A stretch of DNA of 64,000 bases from Octopus sinensis. Taxonomy: Eukaryota. The stretch covers positions 54,312,001 through 54,376,000 of the forward strand of contig NC_042999.1 in the NCBI RefSeq assembly GCF_006345805.1, written 5' to 3'. Positions 1 through 12,103 of the stretch are shown here, piece after piece. Both the position numbers and the translations under genes were made by a program. The notes beneath the pieces are model-generated. The model did not search any database, was not told the origin of the DNA, and saw only the letters and a program-made list of their open reading frames with translations. The number at the start of each line of letters is the position of its first letter. Positions within the stretch are counted from its first letter, which is position 1.

Positions 1-137
1 TATATATAATATATATACATATATATACATGCACCCGCACGTGCATACATACGCACACGCATACGCACGTAGATACATATATACGTACGTACATACGTGC
101 AGACATGCATAGTCATACATACATACATACATACATA

Positions 138-206
138 TGAACATGTCTAGGTATGCAACTATAAGCATGAGAAGACATACATAAAACAAAACATAGGAAT
201 CTGCAC
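138..206 (+). mobile_element. 3' UTR fragment of an RLE-type non-LTR retrotransposon embedded in (TACA)n
   Basis: catgtctaggtatgcaactataagcatgagaagacatacataaaacaaaaca...aatctgcac matches the 3' UTR after the stop codon of the copy at 6697-6947 and of 33755-33860. Confidence 0.65.
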
Positions 207-269
207 GTATACATACATTCAAGCAAAAATGCCCTGTTGATGCTGTGCAAATCCCAATGAAGGAGCCCT

Positions 270-635
270 GAATCTCATATCAAGATAAACAGCGCATGAC
301 CTTGCAGGTGGGGCCCAGTTAGAATTTTCTTCTGGTCGAGTAACCCATCCCGCTTAAAAGGTCCCTGAATAAGGGTTGTTTAAAGATGTTGAACAAAATA
401 CCCATGTTTCCAAAGGTGAATTATCCAAACCCCAAAGAGTTCCTTTCAATACATGGCTATGATACTCCTCCACTGCTTCTGCTCATGATCAGAAATGTAC
501 GTATTGGTAGCCACTAAGGAACATGCTCAACTAGTTATGGTCAAGCAACTGAAAAGCAAATCTGTGGTATTGAGCAGAATATTTGCTGTAGCCCATCTTT
601 TATATCAAGACAAAACAAGGTACATGATAATACGT
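270..635. repeat. Interspersed repeat of unknown class (reverse complement of 54995-55495; fragment also at about 49055-49200)
   Basis: Direct comparison, e.g. gcaaatctgtggtattgagcagaatatttgctgtagcccatctttta here is the reverse complement of taaaagatgggctacagcaaatattctgctcaataccacagatttgc at about 55030. Confidence 0.75.
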
Positions 636-685
636 GAAAAGACATGAGAGTCACTCTCTCATTGTTATTATTATTTTTACTATTA

Positions 686-751
<66 letters not shown>

Positions 752-774
752 GCATGAGGACAGATACATTCCTC

Positions 775-1180
775 TATGGTAGAGCTCTCGTTGACTTCAA
801 GTTTCACTTGAAAAAGAAATTGAGAGTGGAGAGGGAAGTGCTGTCCTTGTGTGAATTTATTGAAAGGTGGGTAAAAGTTGCGAAAATGGCAAGAGTGGAT
901 AGCACCTCTCTAAGTGTAGATCTTTGAGTCGGAGAGGGCACTTGCTCCTAGGATTTCAGGGAAATCTCGGACAGTGGGGTTCCTCGATTATCCCGAGAAG
1001 CGTTCCTGTATCAGGAGGACCACATCTCTATTATCCTCCCCGCCATTTTTGTTACCTTGCTATGCTAGACCGTATATACTTACCTTTTTTTATATCATTT
1101 CATAATATGCAAACCTCAACACTTTATGTCTGTCTTTATATTGTCCCCCTCATCCTACGCCCTTGTGGCAAATAAATTAA
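775..1180 (+). mobile_element. 3' end of a LINE (Tx1/L1-like ORF2 C-terminus plus 3' UTR)
   Basis: Peptide FKFHLKKKLRVEREVLSLCEFIERWVKVAKM ends at TGA 925-927; AATAAA at 1171-1176 is followed by (ATT)n; clade call is from motif resemblance only. Confidence 0.55.
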
Positions 1181-1222
1181 ATCATTATTATTATTATTAT
1201 TATTATTACTATTCTTAACATT

Positions 1223-1449
1223 AAGGCAGTGAGCTGGCAGAATCGTTAGCACGCTGGACGAAATGCGTTGCTGTATTTCGCCCGACGCTGCGTTCTGAGT
1301 TCAAATTCCGCCGAGGTCGACTTTGCCTTTCATCTTTTCGGGGTCGATAAATTAAGTGCCAGTTGTATACTGGGGTCGATCTAATCGACTGGGCCCCCAC
1401 CCCTCATCAAAAAATTTCGGGCCTTGTACCTAGAGTAGAAACGAATATT
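1223..1449 (+). mobile_element. tRNA-derived SINE, family S1
   Basis: Head gagctggcagaatcgttagc, B-box gagttcaaattcc, central cctttcatcttttcggggtcgataaattaagt; more than 12 related copies in the window. Confidence 0.85.
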
Positions 1450-1454
1450 TATAA

Positions 1455-3362
1455 TCTTACTTTCCTTTCCCCCTTTATATACCACAACAATGTCTGATCT
1501 CTCAGCATCGATTAAGGATTCACATTGGATTGCAAAATCCCGCACTATCTTATATTCTTTGTACTCAGTGACTCCTGGTTCATGCTCCTACCATTTCCGT
1601 GCTCTGTTCAGGCTGTACTTTTCACGTATTCTCCGGTGAACAAACTTAGCCACGTTATCGTTCCTCCTTTTGGAGTGCTTTTCTGCAGCTTGCTACACTC
1701 ACTCACAATATGTGAGATTGTTTCGTTTCTGCTGCGCACATCCTACAAAAGGGCAATTCACTGCTCTTATCTATTTGTATTTTAGTGTAATTAGTTCTCA
1801 GAGCTTGTTCATAGAATCTGCATATCAATGCTTCTATGCATTCTTTCAGATCACTTCTTAGCCATCTCCAAATGTTCATCTCGTGTTTTCCTTCGATTTC
1901 TCTGAGATTTGTCCATGTAGGGATTTCATTTTCCAATTGTTTATTCTTCCTTCTTCATTTTGTTTCTTAAATGTTTGTAGGTGCATCTCATTTTCGGTAG
2001 GTATTGCATTGTTAATTCTCACAGAGGCAAGTATTCACTCTACTGTTGTTTGAAGTACCATCCCAGACTGTTCTTCTCATTGAAAACATAGATCTTTCAT
2101 CGTATGAGGCTTCTTCCTCCCTTGTTCCTAGATGCATGCAGCCTGTCAATATTGCTTTTTGGGTGTAGTTCTTTGTTAATTGTTATCACTTTTCTGTTTT
2201 ACCTGCCCATTTCCTCAAGCTCGTTCTTTGTCCACCTACAACACCTGCGCCATATCGCAATAAGGAAACAGCCCATGTGTTCATTGCCCTGATCTTAGTT
2301 TTTCCATTGAGCCTACTTCCTATAATTAACTTAGTTCTTCTGAGATATTCTCGCTTAATGCCTTCTTTCATTTCAGTTTCCTTGATTTTGTCATATTCCA
2401 AAATATCCAAATATTTATTTCCATTAGTCTCAACATCCTTGATTCTCTCCCACTCGGGTAGTTCTACACCATTATATGACACTATTTTGCCATTTTTTTG
2501 ATAAGCATACCACACTTTTTAATCCCAAGTTCCATTCCAATATCCTTAATGAATATATGCCTTGTTGAAACTAGGCCATTTATTACACGTTCGGTTTTTC
2601 CAAAGATCTTTAAGTCATTGATATATAACAGATGGTTAAATTTTCCTCCACTTTTCAAAGTGTACCCCGATGTCACTTTCCGTAGTGTCTGTGTGAGGGG
2701 TATCATACAAATCACAAATAGCAATGGTGAATGGTTATGTCCTTGAAATATGCTTCTCTCGATGTTAACCCTCACCAAAAATTTCCCACATGAAGTGAAC
2801 TCTGTTTTCCACTTCTTCATTGTTCTCCTAATAAAATTTGATGCGTTATCATTCACCTGTGCCAAGTGTCCGATAAGACTTTCTAAAATCCAAAGATGGG
2901 GGACCATGTCATACGCTTTCTTATAACCGATCCACGCCATGCCCAGGTTAGTAAGTCTTTTCTTACAGTCATTCAGTACCATTTTATCTATCAGAAGTTG
3001 GTCTTTTACCCCTCGGCTTTTCGTTCTGCACCCTTTCTGTTCCAGTGGTAGTTTGTCATTCATTTCCAGGAACTTATACACATAATTATATATCATTCCT
3101 GTCATCAGCTTCCACATCAAGGGCAGGCAGGTGATTGGTCGGTAATTATTCAGCGCATTGCCTTTACTAGAATCCTTTTGGCAGAGAATAGTTTTACCTG
3201 TGGTCAGCCTCTTTGGGATTTGCATTCCGTTGTCCATCATTTTATCCATTTGCGTGGCTATTCTTCTGTGTAGTGCAGGGAAAATTTTCAGCCAATATCC
3301 TTGTACCCCATCCGAGCCTGGGCATTTCAAGTTTGGGATCTTTGTTATCTGTTCGGTTACCT
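1455..3362 (-). mobile_element. R4/Dong-clade non-LTR retrotransposon, degenerate (RT, CCHC knuckle, start of RLE domain)
   Basis: ORF 2482-3330 has [43 protein letters not shown] and YINDLK RT motifs; 2186-2515 continues KYLDILE...NTWAVSLLRYGAG; CRMC knuckle near 1740; RDFAIQCESLIDAERSDIVV near 1480-1545; frameshifts and stops present. Confidence 0.9.
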
Positions 3363-4440
3363 AAAATTACATAAATTAGGTTCTCAGAGGCACAAGTAAA
3401 ACTAGTTTTAATTGTAAACCTCTATCCTTGTTTGAAAAGGAAATCCGAGCCTTCAAGCGGGTTGGGGCAGGTTCCACAGTTTGGGCGTCCACATTTTTCA
3501 ACCGTTGGTTTCGTGGTTGTTTTGTAAAGCTTCGCATTTGTTAGTAGTCTCTTTAGCGATTTGTCTTGTTTTTTGCATTTGATGAGTTTGTGTGTTTTCA
3601 GGATGTCGTTCATTTTTTGGATCTCTAGTTAGTAAAGGAAGAGTTTGCACAATAGTGTTGAATGCCTCACTGTTTCTGGGGTTGTGTGTTGATATAAATA
3701 GTAACGTTTTGAGTTGAGGCGTGGTCTTATGTTTGTTTGTTCTTAGTGTTTTTGTGTCTAGTTGTTTGCCACGTTTAATTCCCTCGTCGATAAGAGAGGG
3801 TGGATATTGTCTTTCAATAAGTGTTGTTTTGAGGTCTTGAAGACGAAGGTCCCGAGTTGTTCTATTAGACGCTATTGTGCAGATCCTTTTTGCTAAGTTG
3901 AAAGGGATGTTTATTTTGATGCGTTTCGGGTGGCATGAGTTAAAGAGAAGATAGTGTTTTCAATCAGTTGGTTTATAATAAATGTCAGTTATGATTTCAT
4001 TGTTAACTTTTATCATGATGTCTAAAAATGGGAGTTGTTCTTTGTTATATTCCATTGTGAATTGAATGTTACTATTTATGTCATTTAGTGTTGTTTTCAA
4101 ATCCAAAAGTTTGTCGATGTTCTCCTTCCAGATGATAAAGCAGTCATCTAGGTATCTCTTCCAATTTTCTCTTATGTAGAGGTAAAATGGGTAACCATAT
4201 TTCTGAAGTGATACTTCATATAAGGTGAATTCAAAATAACCCATTATTAGGTTCGCAAGAACAGGAGCTGCTTTCGTCCCCATCGCAATTCTGCATTTCT
4301 GACGATAGTATGTGTCATCAAATAGGAAATTTGTTCTGAAGTATAAATTTTAAGGATTCAATAAAAAGATCTGGTTTATGCGTTCCGGGAGGACTTCGGG
4401 GTACTTTTCCAACCAGAATTTAATTGTTTTTATTCTCTTA
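3363..4440 (-). mobile_element. Penelope-like element fragment (RT, linker, start of GIY-YIG)
   Basis: MGTKAAPVLANLIMG, WKRYLDDCF, IQFTME, LPFLD and DIYYKPTD PLE RT motifs; KCGRPNCGTC linker; FTCASENLIYVI at the GIY-YIG start. Confidence 0.9.
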
Positions 4441-4442
4441 TA

Positions 4443-4488
<46 letters not shown>

Positions 4489-4489
4489 C

Positions 4490-4523
<34 letters not shown>

Positions 4524-4545
4524 GGCGGTGGTAGATATATATATA

Positions 4546-4587
<42 letters not shown>

Positions 4588-4731
4588 TACATATATGTGT
4601 ATACACACACACACACACACATACTCACGTTGTAAGTACAAAATGTGAAATGAAGTGGAAGAAATAGTACTCAAATACCTGAGACAGGGTAATATTTTAA
4701 TTTTATTATTTTCAAAGCTGCCAGAAAAAAA

Positions 4732-4843
4732 CAAAAAACTGCTGCTAAGAGTTTCACGTTCCCATTCATTGGGCAGCTGTAATCAAGAAAATATACAACT
4801 GCCCGACGAACGGGAACGTGAAATTCTGAGTAGCAGTATTTTG
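4732..4843. repeat. Head-to-head inverted repeat of HHR-bearing units (about 50-bp arms, 12-nt spacer)
   Basis: 4732-4781 is the reverse complement of 4794-4843 with several substitutions, mostly CpG-type. Confidence 0.85.
4798..4837 (+). ncRNA. Minimal type I hammerhead ribozyme motif (U4C core variant)
   Basis: ACTGC-CCGACGA-ACG(GGAA)CGT-GAA-ATTC(T)GAGT-A-GCAGT: 5-bp stem I, stem II with GNRA loop, near-palindromic stem III, GUA triplet; predicted cut after 4832. Confidence 0.75.
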
Positions 4844-5153
4844 TGATGTTTTTGCATCTTTAATAATAAGAAAGAAAAAGAAGTATATATATATATATAT
4901 ACACATATATATATACACATACATATACATACATACATACATAAAAATATATATAAATATGCGTAAATATGAATACTCTGCCTTTGGTATTCAAGTACTA
5001 TTTTTCCATGTGGTAACTTGCGTGTAAATATAAATATATATACATATGCATGCATGCGCATATAATTATGTATATACATACATACGTATATATATATATG
5101 CATCATACACACGCACACACACACTCACACTCAAACACACATACACACACACA

Positions 5154-5229
<76 letters not shown>

Positions 5230-6040
5230 TTTCCCTACAGACGAGATACTTTTGGATGGTTCAAAATGCTTTTTTTATTAGGGATAAAATATCTAGATAT
5301 TTAGTGTAAAAGACGATGATGATGATGGTGGTGATGGTGGTGGTCGTGGTCGTCGTGGTAGTGGTGGTGGTGGTTGTGGTTGTGGTGGTGGTGGTGGTAG
5401 TGGTGGTGGTTGCGGCGGCGGCGGCGGTGGTGCTGATGGTGGCGGTGGTGGTGGTGTGGTGGTGATGATCATGATGGTTTGTAGTAGTAGTAGTAGTTGG
5501 AGGAGGAGGAGGAGGAGGAGGAGGAGAGGGGATTATGGTGGAAATGGCGGTGGCAAATAACTTTTATACAAATTACAATTTTGGAAAACGCGGTGTCGCT
5601 TATCTTATCAGAGAAACAGTTTAGTAACGAGTGCCTTACACACACGTACACACACACAAACATACACACATACATACTCACATACATACATACATACATA
5701 CATACATACATACATACACACACGTAAACACTTGCATGTATCTGTGTTAATATATAAACATATATATACGTCCATATATATATATATATGAACTTATATA
5801 TATATACACGTTAATATATGTTCACATGTACACATACATGTGTGTGTGTGTGTATGCATAGATATATATATATATTAAGCATGTATATATATACTTATTT
5901 ATATATATATATACATAGACATATATAATTATGTATATCTACACATATACATATATATGCATGAATGTATATATATATATATATATACACGCATATACAT
6001 GCGTGTGTGTGGAAGTGTATCTGTACGTATGTATGTATGC

Positions 6041-6082
<42 letters not shown>

Positions 6083-6416
6083 ACACACACATGGTACGCA
6101 CAATATATAAACATTGTAAATTTTTCGGGTGTGTTTTCTATAATAGCTGCTGATAGAGAAAACAGTGCAATATGAGAGAGAGGGGGGAAGGATGACGGAG
6201 GGGGAGGAAGAAGGTGAGAGTGGCAAAGAAGAAGAAAGAGTGGTAGTAAGACGTCAAAGGCTGCTTTTTTCAAACTTCGCCAAAGATAAGAACGAGAAAT
6301 AAATTTCTCCGTTACTTCATCTGTTTCGTGTAGATTTATTCATGCGTGTGTGCACACACACAGTATTGTAAGTCATTTATGTAGCGGTTATATTAGGAAA
6401 TAGCTTATACGCACAC

Positions 6417-6618
6417 GACCTCGTGTGTACCGTTGGCGATTTTTTTCCCTCAGTCTTCCCTTCTCTGGATCTTTCCTTCTCCTATGTTTCCAACGAAGAG
6501 CTCCGCTCGAAACGTTAAACACTCCTTCTTTCTTTCTTTCCTGAGCGTCCAATACTATATTTGTTCCACGTCCTCGCGTTGTTGTGTTTTTTTGTGCTTT
6601 CTTGTTTGGATTAACTTT
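6417..6618 (+). mobile_element. PLE pseudo-LTR-like unit, family A, ending in (TACA)n
   Basis: Homologous to 20277-20470 (-) and 57795-58002 (-) and to fragments at 22725-22800 and 32615-32700; contains an HHR motif. Confidence 0.7.
6486..6520 (+). ncRNA. HHR motif, family A, decayed (G5A)
   Basis: GTTT-CCAACGA-A-GAGC(TCC)GCTC-GAA-ACGT-T-AAAC; differs from the other two copies only at G5. Confidence 0.6.
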
Positions 6619-6696
6619 ACATACATACGTACATACATACATACATACATACATACATACATACATACATACATACATACATACATACATACATAA

Positions 6697-6947
6697 GTAC
6701 CTGTAATTATTGGGGCACTGGGATATATAACACACAGCCTATGTTCCGATCTTGAGAAATTAGGCTTCTCAAAACCAGAAAGGAGAAAGCTAATTCGAAA
6801 ACGACACATCCAGTTCATCGCTGGAACTGTAAAAATCTGTAAAACTTACCTGACGATTATCATTTAATATATATATATGAGCATGTCTAAATATGCAACT
6901 ATATGCATGAGAATACATACATTAAACAAAACAAACAAATCTGCACT
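6697..6947 (+). mobile_element. 5'-truncated 3' end of an RLE-type non-LTR retrotransposon
   Basis: VPVIIGALGYITHSLCSDLEKLGFSKPERRKLIRKRHIQFIAGTVKICKTYLTIII* (6697-6867) has the P-x-I-I-G-A-L-G motif typical of RLE C-termini; begins directly after (TACA)n. Confidence 0.75.
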
Positions 6948-7091
6948 GACTCCAAATATTGCACATATACGCACAAACATGCACAAATACCTTGTTGATG
7001 AAGGAGCCTTGGATCTGGGTTAGAAACCGGCTCTTTCTCTACGGGCAACAAATCTTGAAATTAATTTTAATGTCATACATATATACATATA

Positions 7092-7186
<95 letters not shown>

Positions 7187-7205
7187 TATATACATAGTAT
7201 ATGTG

Positions 7206-7289
<84 letters not shown>

Positions 7290-7412
7290 CTTATATATAT
7301 ATATACATATGTATATGTGTATATATATATGATAATATAATATATATATATAGATATATATACATAATATATTGAATATATCATATATATACATACATAT
7401 ATATATACATAT

Positions 7413-7454
<42 letters not shown>

Positions 7455-8019
7455 GGATGGATGGATCGATGGATGTGCATCTCCACATGTGTTGACATGT
7501 GTCTCTATATGTATCCTTGTGTGAACTCAAGTGTGGTGTATATATGCTCATGTGTTTCAGTCTTCATTTGTGTATGTGTGCTTGTTTGTTCATATAATCT
7601 ATGTAACTATCCGTCTGTATGTTGATCTGTTTACTTTCATATCCATAAGTTTATATACATGTGCATATACATTTATATAGATACACTCCACACACACCAC
7701 ACACACGTACATGCATCTATCTACATAACAGCCCACTAACTATTCTACTCTACCAGTGTAAACTGTGGGTATGGGGGTATGATATCTCCTATGTATACTT
7801 CCTATATAATTTTGGAGAAGTTTCAGCGATAGAAGTATCCATTACACTACCGGTATATTACCCGTGGGCAAGCATAGTATGCTCATAAATTATTGGTAAA
7901 GGCAAGGATAAACATGGATTTATCAAGAATCAAAATTTAAAGAAGACAGAAAATGGAGGAATATCGACGAACAACAATTGATTTACATCAAATATTATTT
8001 ATTAATTCAAGACATAAAA

Positions 8020-8320
8020 GTCAAAGTATGAATAAAGGCCCGCATATATTTTTTCTTTATTGCAGTAAATTTGACTTACAGCTGTTCTATTTCGTTTTTA
8101 ATAGGTCTACGCATTTCGCCCAACGTCTTTTAACCAGAAATGATTTCGACGAAATCAGCATTAATCTTTTAGGTCGTTCAATATTTTTCTTAATCAATCG
8201 ATGGACCGATTGAGTACACCAATCAATAACGGATCTATAATGACAACCGGAAACAACAGTAAGTCAAATTTACTGCAATAAAGAGAAATATATATAATGA
8301 CCATTATTCATACCTTGTCT
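8020..8320. repeat. Imperfect inverted repeat (26-bp perfect core 8054-8079 / 8259-8284)
   Basis: tctttattgcagtaaatttgacttac and gtaagtcaaatttactgcaataaaga are reverse complements; weaker pairing extends outward. Confidence 0.8.
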
Positions 8321-8334
8321 TATTTGTGTGTGTG

Positions 8335-8525
8335 TGTTTGTGTGTCTATGCTTGGCCCTCACCACCATCGTTTGACAACTGATGTTGGCAAGTTAACGTC
8401 CCCGTAACTTAGCGGTTCGGCAAAAGAGCCCGATAGAATAAGTACTAGGCTTACAAAGAATAAGTCCTAAAGGTGTTCGACTAAAAAAGCATGGATGCAG
8501 TTAAATGACTGAAGCAAAAAAGAAA
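8335..8525 (+). mobile_element. 3' part of the composite SINE S2/S3
   Basis: accatcgtttgacaactgatg...gatagaataagtactaggcttacaaagaataagtcc...aaatgactgaa shared with 11005-11205 and 20500-20715. Confidence 0.75.
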
Positions 8526-8535
8526 GAAAGAATAC

Positions 8536-8569
<34 letters not shown>

Positions 8570-8594
8570 GTATATATATATGTATATGCATACT

Positions 8595-8790
8595 TTATTC
8601 AAAGCAGCGGAAAATTCAACAAAACCTGTTACTCTGAGTTTCCCGTTGCCGTTCATCGGACAGTTTTTGCTAGAATAGAACCGATATGTCAATTGACATA
8701 TCGGTTCTATTCTAGCAAAAACTGTCTGATGAACGGCAACGGGAAACTCAGAGTAACATGTTTTGTTAAATTTTCTGCTGCTTTGAATAA
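8595..8790. repeat. Spacer-less palindrome of two HHR-bearing units (98-bp arms, 4 mismatches)
   Basis: Axis between 8692 and 8693 (gtcaattgac); mismatches at 8609/8776, 8617/8768, 8626/8759 and 8658/8727. Confidence 0.95.
8716..8765 (+). ncRNA. Type I hammerhead ribozyme motif with canonical core
   Basis: CAAAAACTGT-CTGATGA-A-CG(GCAA)CG-G-GAA-ACTC(A)GAGT-A-ACATGTTTTG; GUA triplet, predicted cut after 8755; the mirror copy on the minus strand (8620-8669) has CCGATGA. Confidence 0.75.
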
Positions 8791-8869
8791 GGCATATTAC
8801 TCTACCACTGGTATTTGAGTACTCTTTTTTCCACCTTGTTTCACATTTATGTGTTTACTCCGGTATGCC

Positions 8870-8936
<67 letters not shown>

Positions 8937-9497
8937 CACACAGGTACGTTCAGAGGGATATATCAACCAGGTGGACACCATGGTGGCACTCAGTTATATT
9001 CCAGATTACTTCTTCTAACCGCATTAATTGTCAGTCCCTCTGAAAATGGACGCTTCATTGGACGGTAATATTGTCTGGAGAATATATTAGCAATAATTAT
9101 AACGATGTAGAATATGGAGACTTGTTCATCTTCAAAATTGATTCCCTCTTATTTTACAACTTTATGCAGTATATTATTCTGGTCCGTATGACCTACACGT
9201 TTTTCGACGACACAGATTACTCAAGGAAGTTCCAGCTTTGATTTTCACGTTTTATTTACAATCTTATAATAATATAAGATAAGATAATGAAATGATTGAA
9301 TATTAAATGTCCATTGTGATTGAACTAGTACTTTCGTGCATTAAACTATGCAATCTTCAGGTTCATGTAGTAGTGGTGACAGTTATGTTTTACAATTTAT
9401 AATTGTAGTGAGATGGCTCGACTCTGTGCCTTAAATATTAGGTTGTCAAGAAAGTTCGTGCGGAATTTCAATTTTGGTTTTAAGTTATGTATTTTCA

Positions 9498-10631
9498 AAT
9501 TAATTTTCGTTAAATTACTTTGACTTCATATATCATTTTAAAGCCCGCTTTTCACTCTATCTAATCCTCTTACTCTTTTTCTTTTTGAATAATTAGGCCT
9601 TTTTTCCCAAGAACGTTGAATACAAAATGGACAAAAACAAATTCGCACAATTTTCTTATTCCAGTTCAAGCTAGGTCGAAAAGATGCTGAAACAGTTCGC
9701 GATATCAGCGATGCGTTTGACCCAGGAACCACTAATGAACGTACAGCACAATGGTGGTTCAAGAAATCTTCTAGCGGTGAAGAAAGTCTTGAAGATGATA
9801 AGCGTAGTAGTCGGCCACAGGATGTTGACAACGATGAACTAAGAGCCTTAGTCGAAGCCAATCCACGCACAACTGTTCGAGACCTTGCTTCTGAATTAGA
9901 CGTAACTTATACGATAATTTCCAACCACTTGAAAGAGATTGGAAAAACAAAAATACTTGAGAAAGGGGTGCCGCACGAATTGAACGACAACCAAAAAAAA
10001 AAACGCCGTTTTGAAGTGTCGTTTTCCCTTCTTTTACGCAACAAGAACGACCCGTTTCTCGACTGGATTGTGACTTACGATGAAAAGTGGATTCTTTACG
10101 ACAACCGGCGACGCTCAGCTTACTAGTGGTCTGCGGTCGGTCTCATCCATCACAGCTGATGGATCAAGGCGAAACCATTACAGCAGAAAATTACTGTCAG
10201 CAAATGGATGAAATGCATAAGAAACTCCGACAACAGATAGCATTGGTCAATAGAAAAGGACCAATTCTTCTCCATGACAACACTCGGCCGCACAATTAAC
10301 CTTGCAGAAGTTGAACGAATTGGGCTACGAAACTCTGCCTCCTCTGCCATACTCACCAGACCTCTAACCTACCGACTACCACTTTTTCAAGCATCTCGAC
10401 AACTTCCTGCATGAGAAATGCTTCAAAAACCAAGACGATGCAAAACACGCCTTCAACGACTTCATCGCCACCAGAACGCAGGATTTTTACGCTACTGGCA
10501 TAAATAAACTTGTTTCGCGTTGGCAAAAGTGTATTGATTCTGATGTTCGATTGATAAAATTTTGTTTGAGCTGAGATATGTGCATCTGAATTTAAAGGTT
10601 AAAAACCGCAAGAACTTTCTCGACAACCTAA
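9498..10631 (+). mobile_element. mariner (DD34D-type) transposon, full-length ends with decayed transposase
   Basis: 26-bp TIRs (ttaggttgtcaagaaagttcgtgcgg, 2 mismatches) flanked by TA; transposase from ATG 9627 with GVPHEL, TYDEKW, LLHDN and YSPDL remnants, frameshifts, stops and an internal deletion. Confidence 0.92.
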
Positions 10632-10839
10632 TACATTTGTAGAGGCTCCAGAACGTAAGCTAATGAAATTCATAACTGAATCGTTTATTTCCCTGTCATT
10701 TACTTCACGTCTTTTTATTCCTCTCTACTCAACCGGCACTTTGTCCCGAAGCATATGTATACTATGTTCTAACACCAGGTTGTTGGTATTGCTATGCCTA
10801 AACGAAATAAATACTGTAATATTAATTGTACATTGGCGC

Positions 10840-11205
10840 AGAAGTGGCTGTGCGGTAAGTAGCTTGCTTATCAATCCCATGGTTCCGGGTCCAGTCCCAC
10901 TGAGTGGCGCCTACAGTAGCCTTGGGCCGACCAAAGCCTTGTAAGTGGATTTGGGAGACAAAAATTGAAAGAAGCACGTCATATGTGTGTGTGTGTTGTG
11001 TGTGTGTGTGTGTTTTTGTCCTCCACCATCGCTTGACAACCGATGCTGGTGTGTTTACGTCTCCGTAACTTAGTGGTTCGACAAAAGATTCCGATAGTAT
11101 GAGTACTAGGCTTACAAAGAATAAGTCCTGAGGTCAATTTGTTAGACTCAAGGTGATGCTCCATCATTGCCGCAGACAAATGACTGAAACAAATAAAAGT
11201 AAAAG
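10840..11205 (+). mobile_element. Composite tRNA-derived SINE (S2 head, internal (GT)n, S3 tail)
   Basis: gtggctgtgcggtaagtagcttgc...ggtccagtcccactg head, then aaagaagcacgtc, microsatellite and the S3 tail ending aaatgactgaaacaaataaaagtaaaag. Confidence 0.75.
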
Positions 11206-11252
11206 ACTAATATATATTATATATATATATAGTATAATATAATATGATATAT

Positions 11253-11320
<68 letters not shown>

Positions 11321-12103
11321 CAGAATAGCAAAAGATAGAGTCAGAGAAAGACCCTGTGTGTGTGTGTGTGCGAGAGTTGTTGTGTGAAAGTGTATATACA
11401 TATGTATATGAATTTGCGTGTCTGTGTATGTGTATGTGTGTGTGTAGATGGGAAGGCGTGGCTGCAACTCGCGAAATTGCAATGATGTAGTTACGAGAAA
11501 ACATTCTGGTAATCTGAGAGAACTCTTTAAAACAGTCCCATGCTATAAATGGCTGCCAGAATATTCCATGCCGAAGCAACATAAGAAAACATGTCAAAGA
11601 CAATTTAATGTGTTTATCTTTGCCAGTTTCCCTTCTTTTTTTTTGGATAATCTTGCAAATTTGTAGATGCTACACTTGATTATCAACGACTTTTCATCTC
11701 TATCGCCCTCTCCATCTTGCAAGCAATCCATTTATATAAATACGTATACACATGTGTGTGTGTGTGTGTGTGTGTATGTGTGTGTGTACATGTATATAGG
11801 TATGTGTGCGTGTACATGTTTATAGGTATGTATGCGTGTATGTGTGCTAATAGACATATTTATACATTGACAGATGCAGACATGTATTTACATAAAATGC
11901 ATAAATATTATTATTATTATTATTACTGCCTTTCATCCTTTTAGGGTGATTTAAAATAAGTACCAGTTGAAGACTGGAGTCGATGTAATCGACTCATCCT
12001 CACCCCTAGAATTGCTACTCTTGTAGCAAACCAAGATTATTATTATTACCATCAGCATCATCATCATCATGATCATCATCATTATTATTATTATTATTAT
12101 TAT

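Noticed and set aside
5310-5530. (GGT)n/(GGC)n/(GAG)n run as a low-complexity coding exon
   Set aside because: No splice signals or flanking coding sequence; typical compound trinucleotide microsatellite.
9627-10555. mariner transposase as a functional or domesticated (SETMAR-like) gene
   Set aside because: Multiple frameshifts, stops and an internal deletion; no SET domain.
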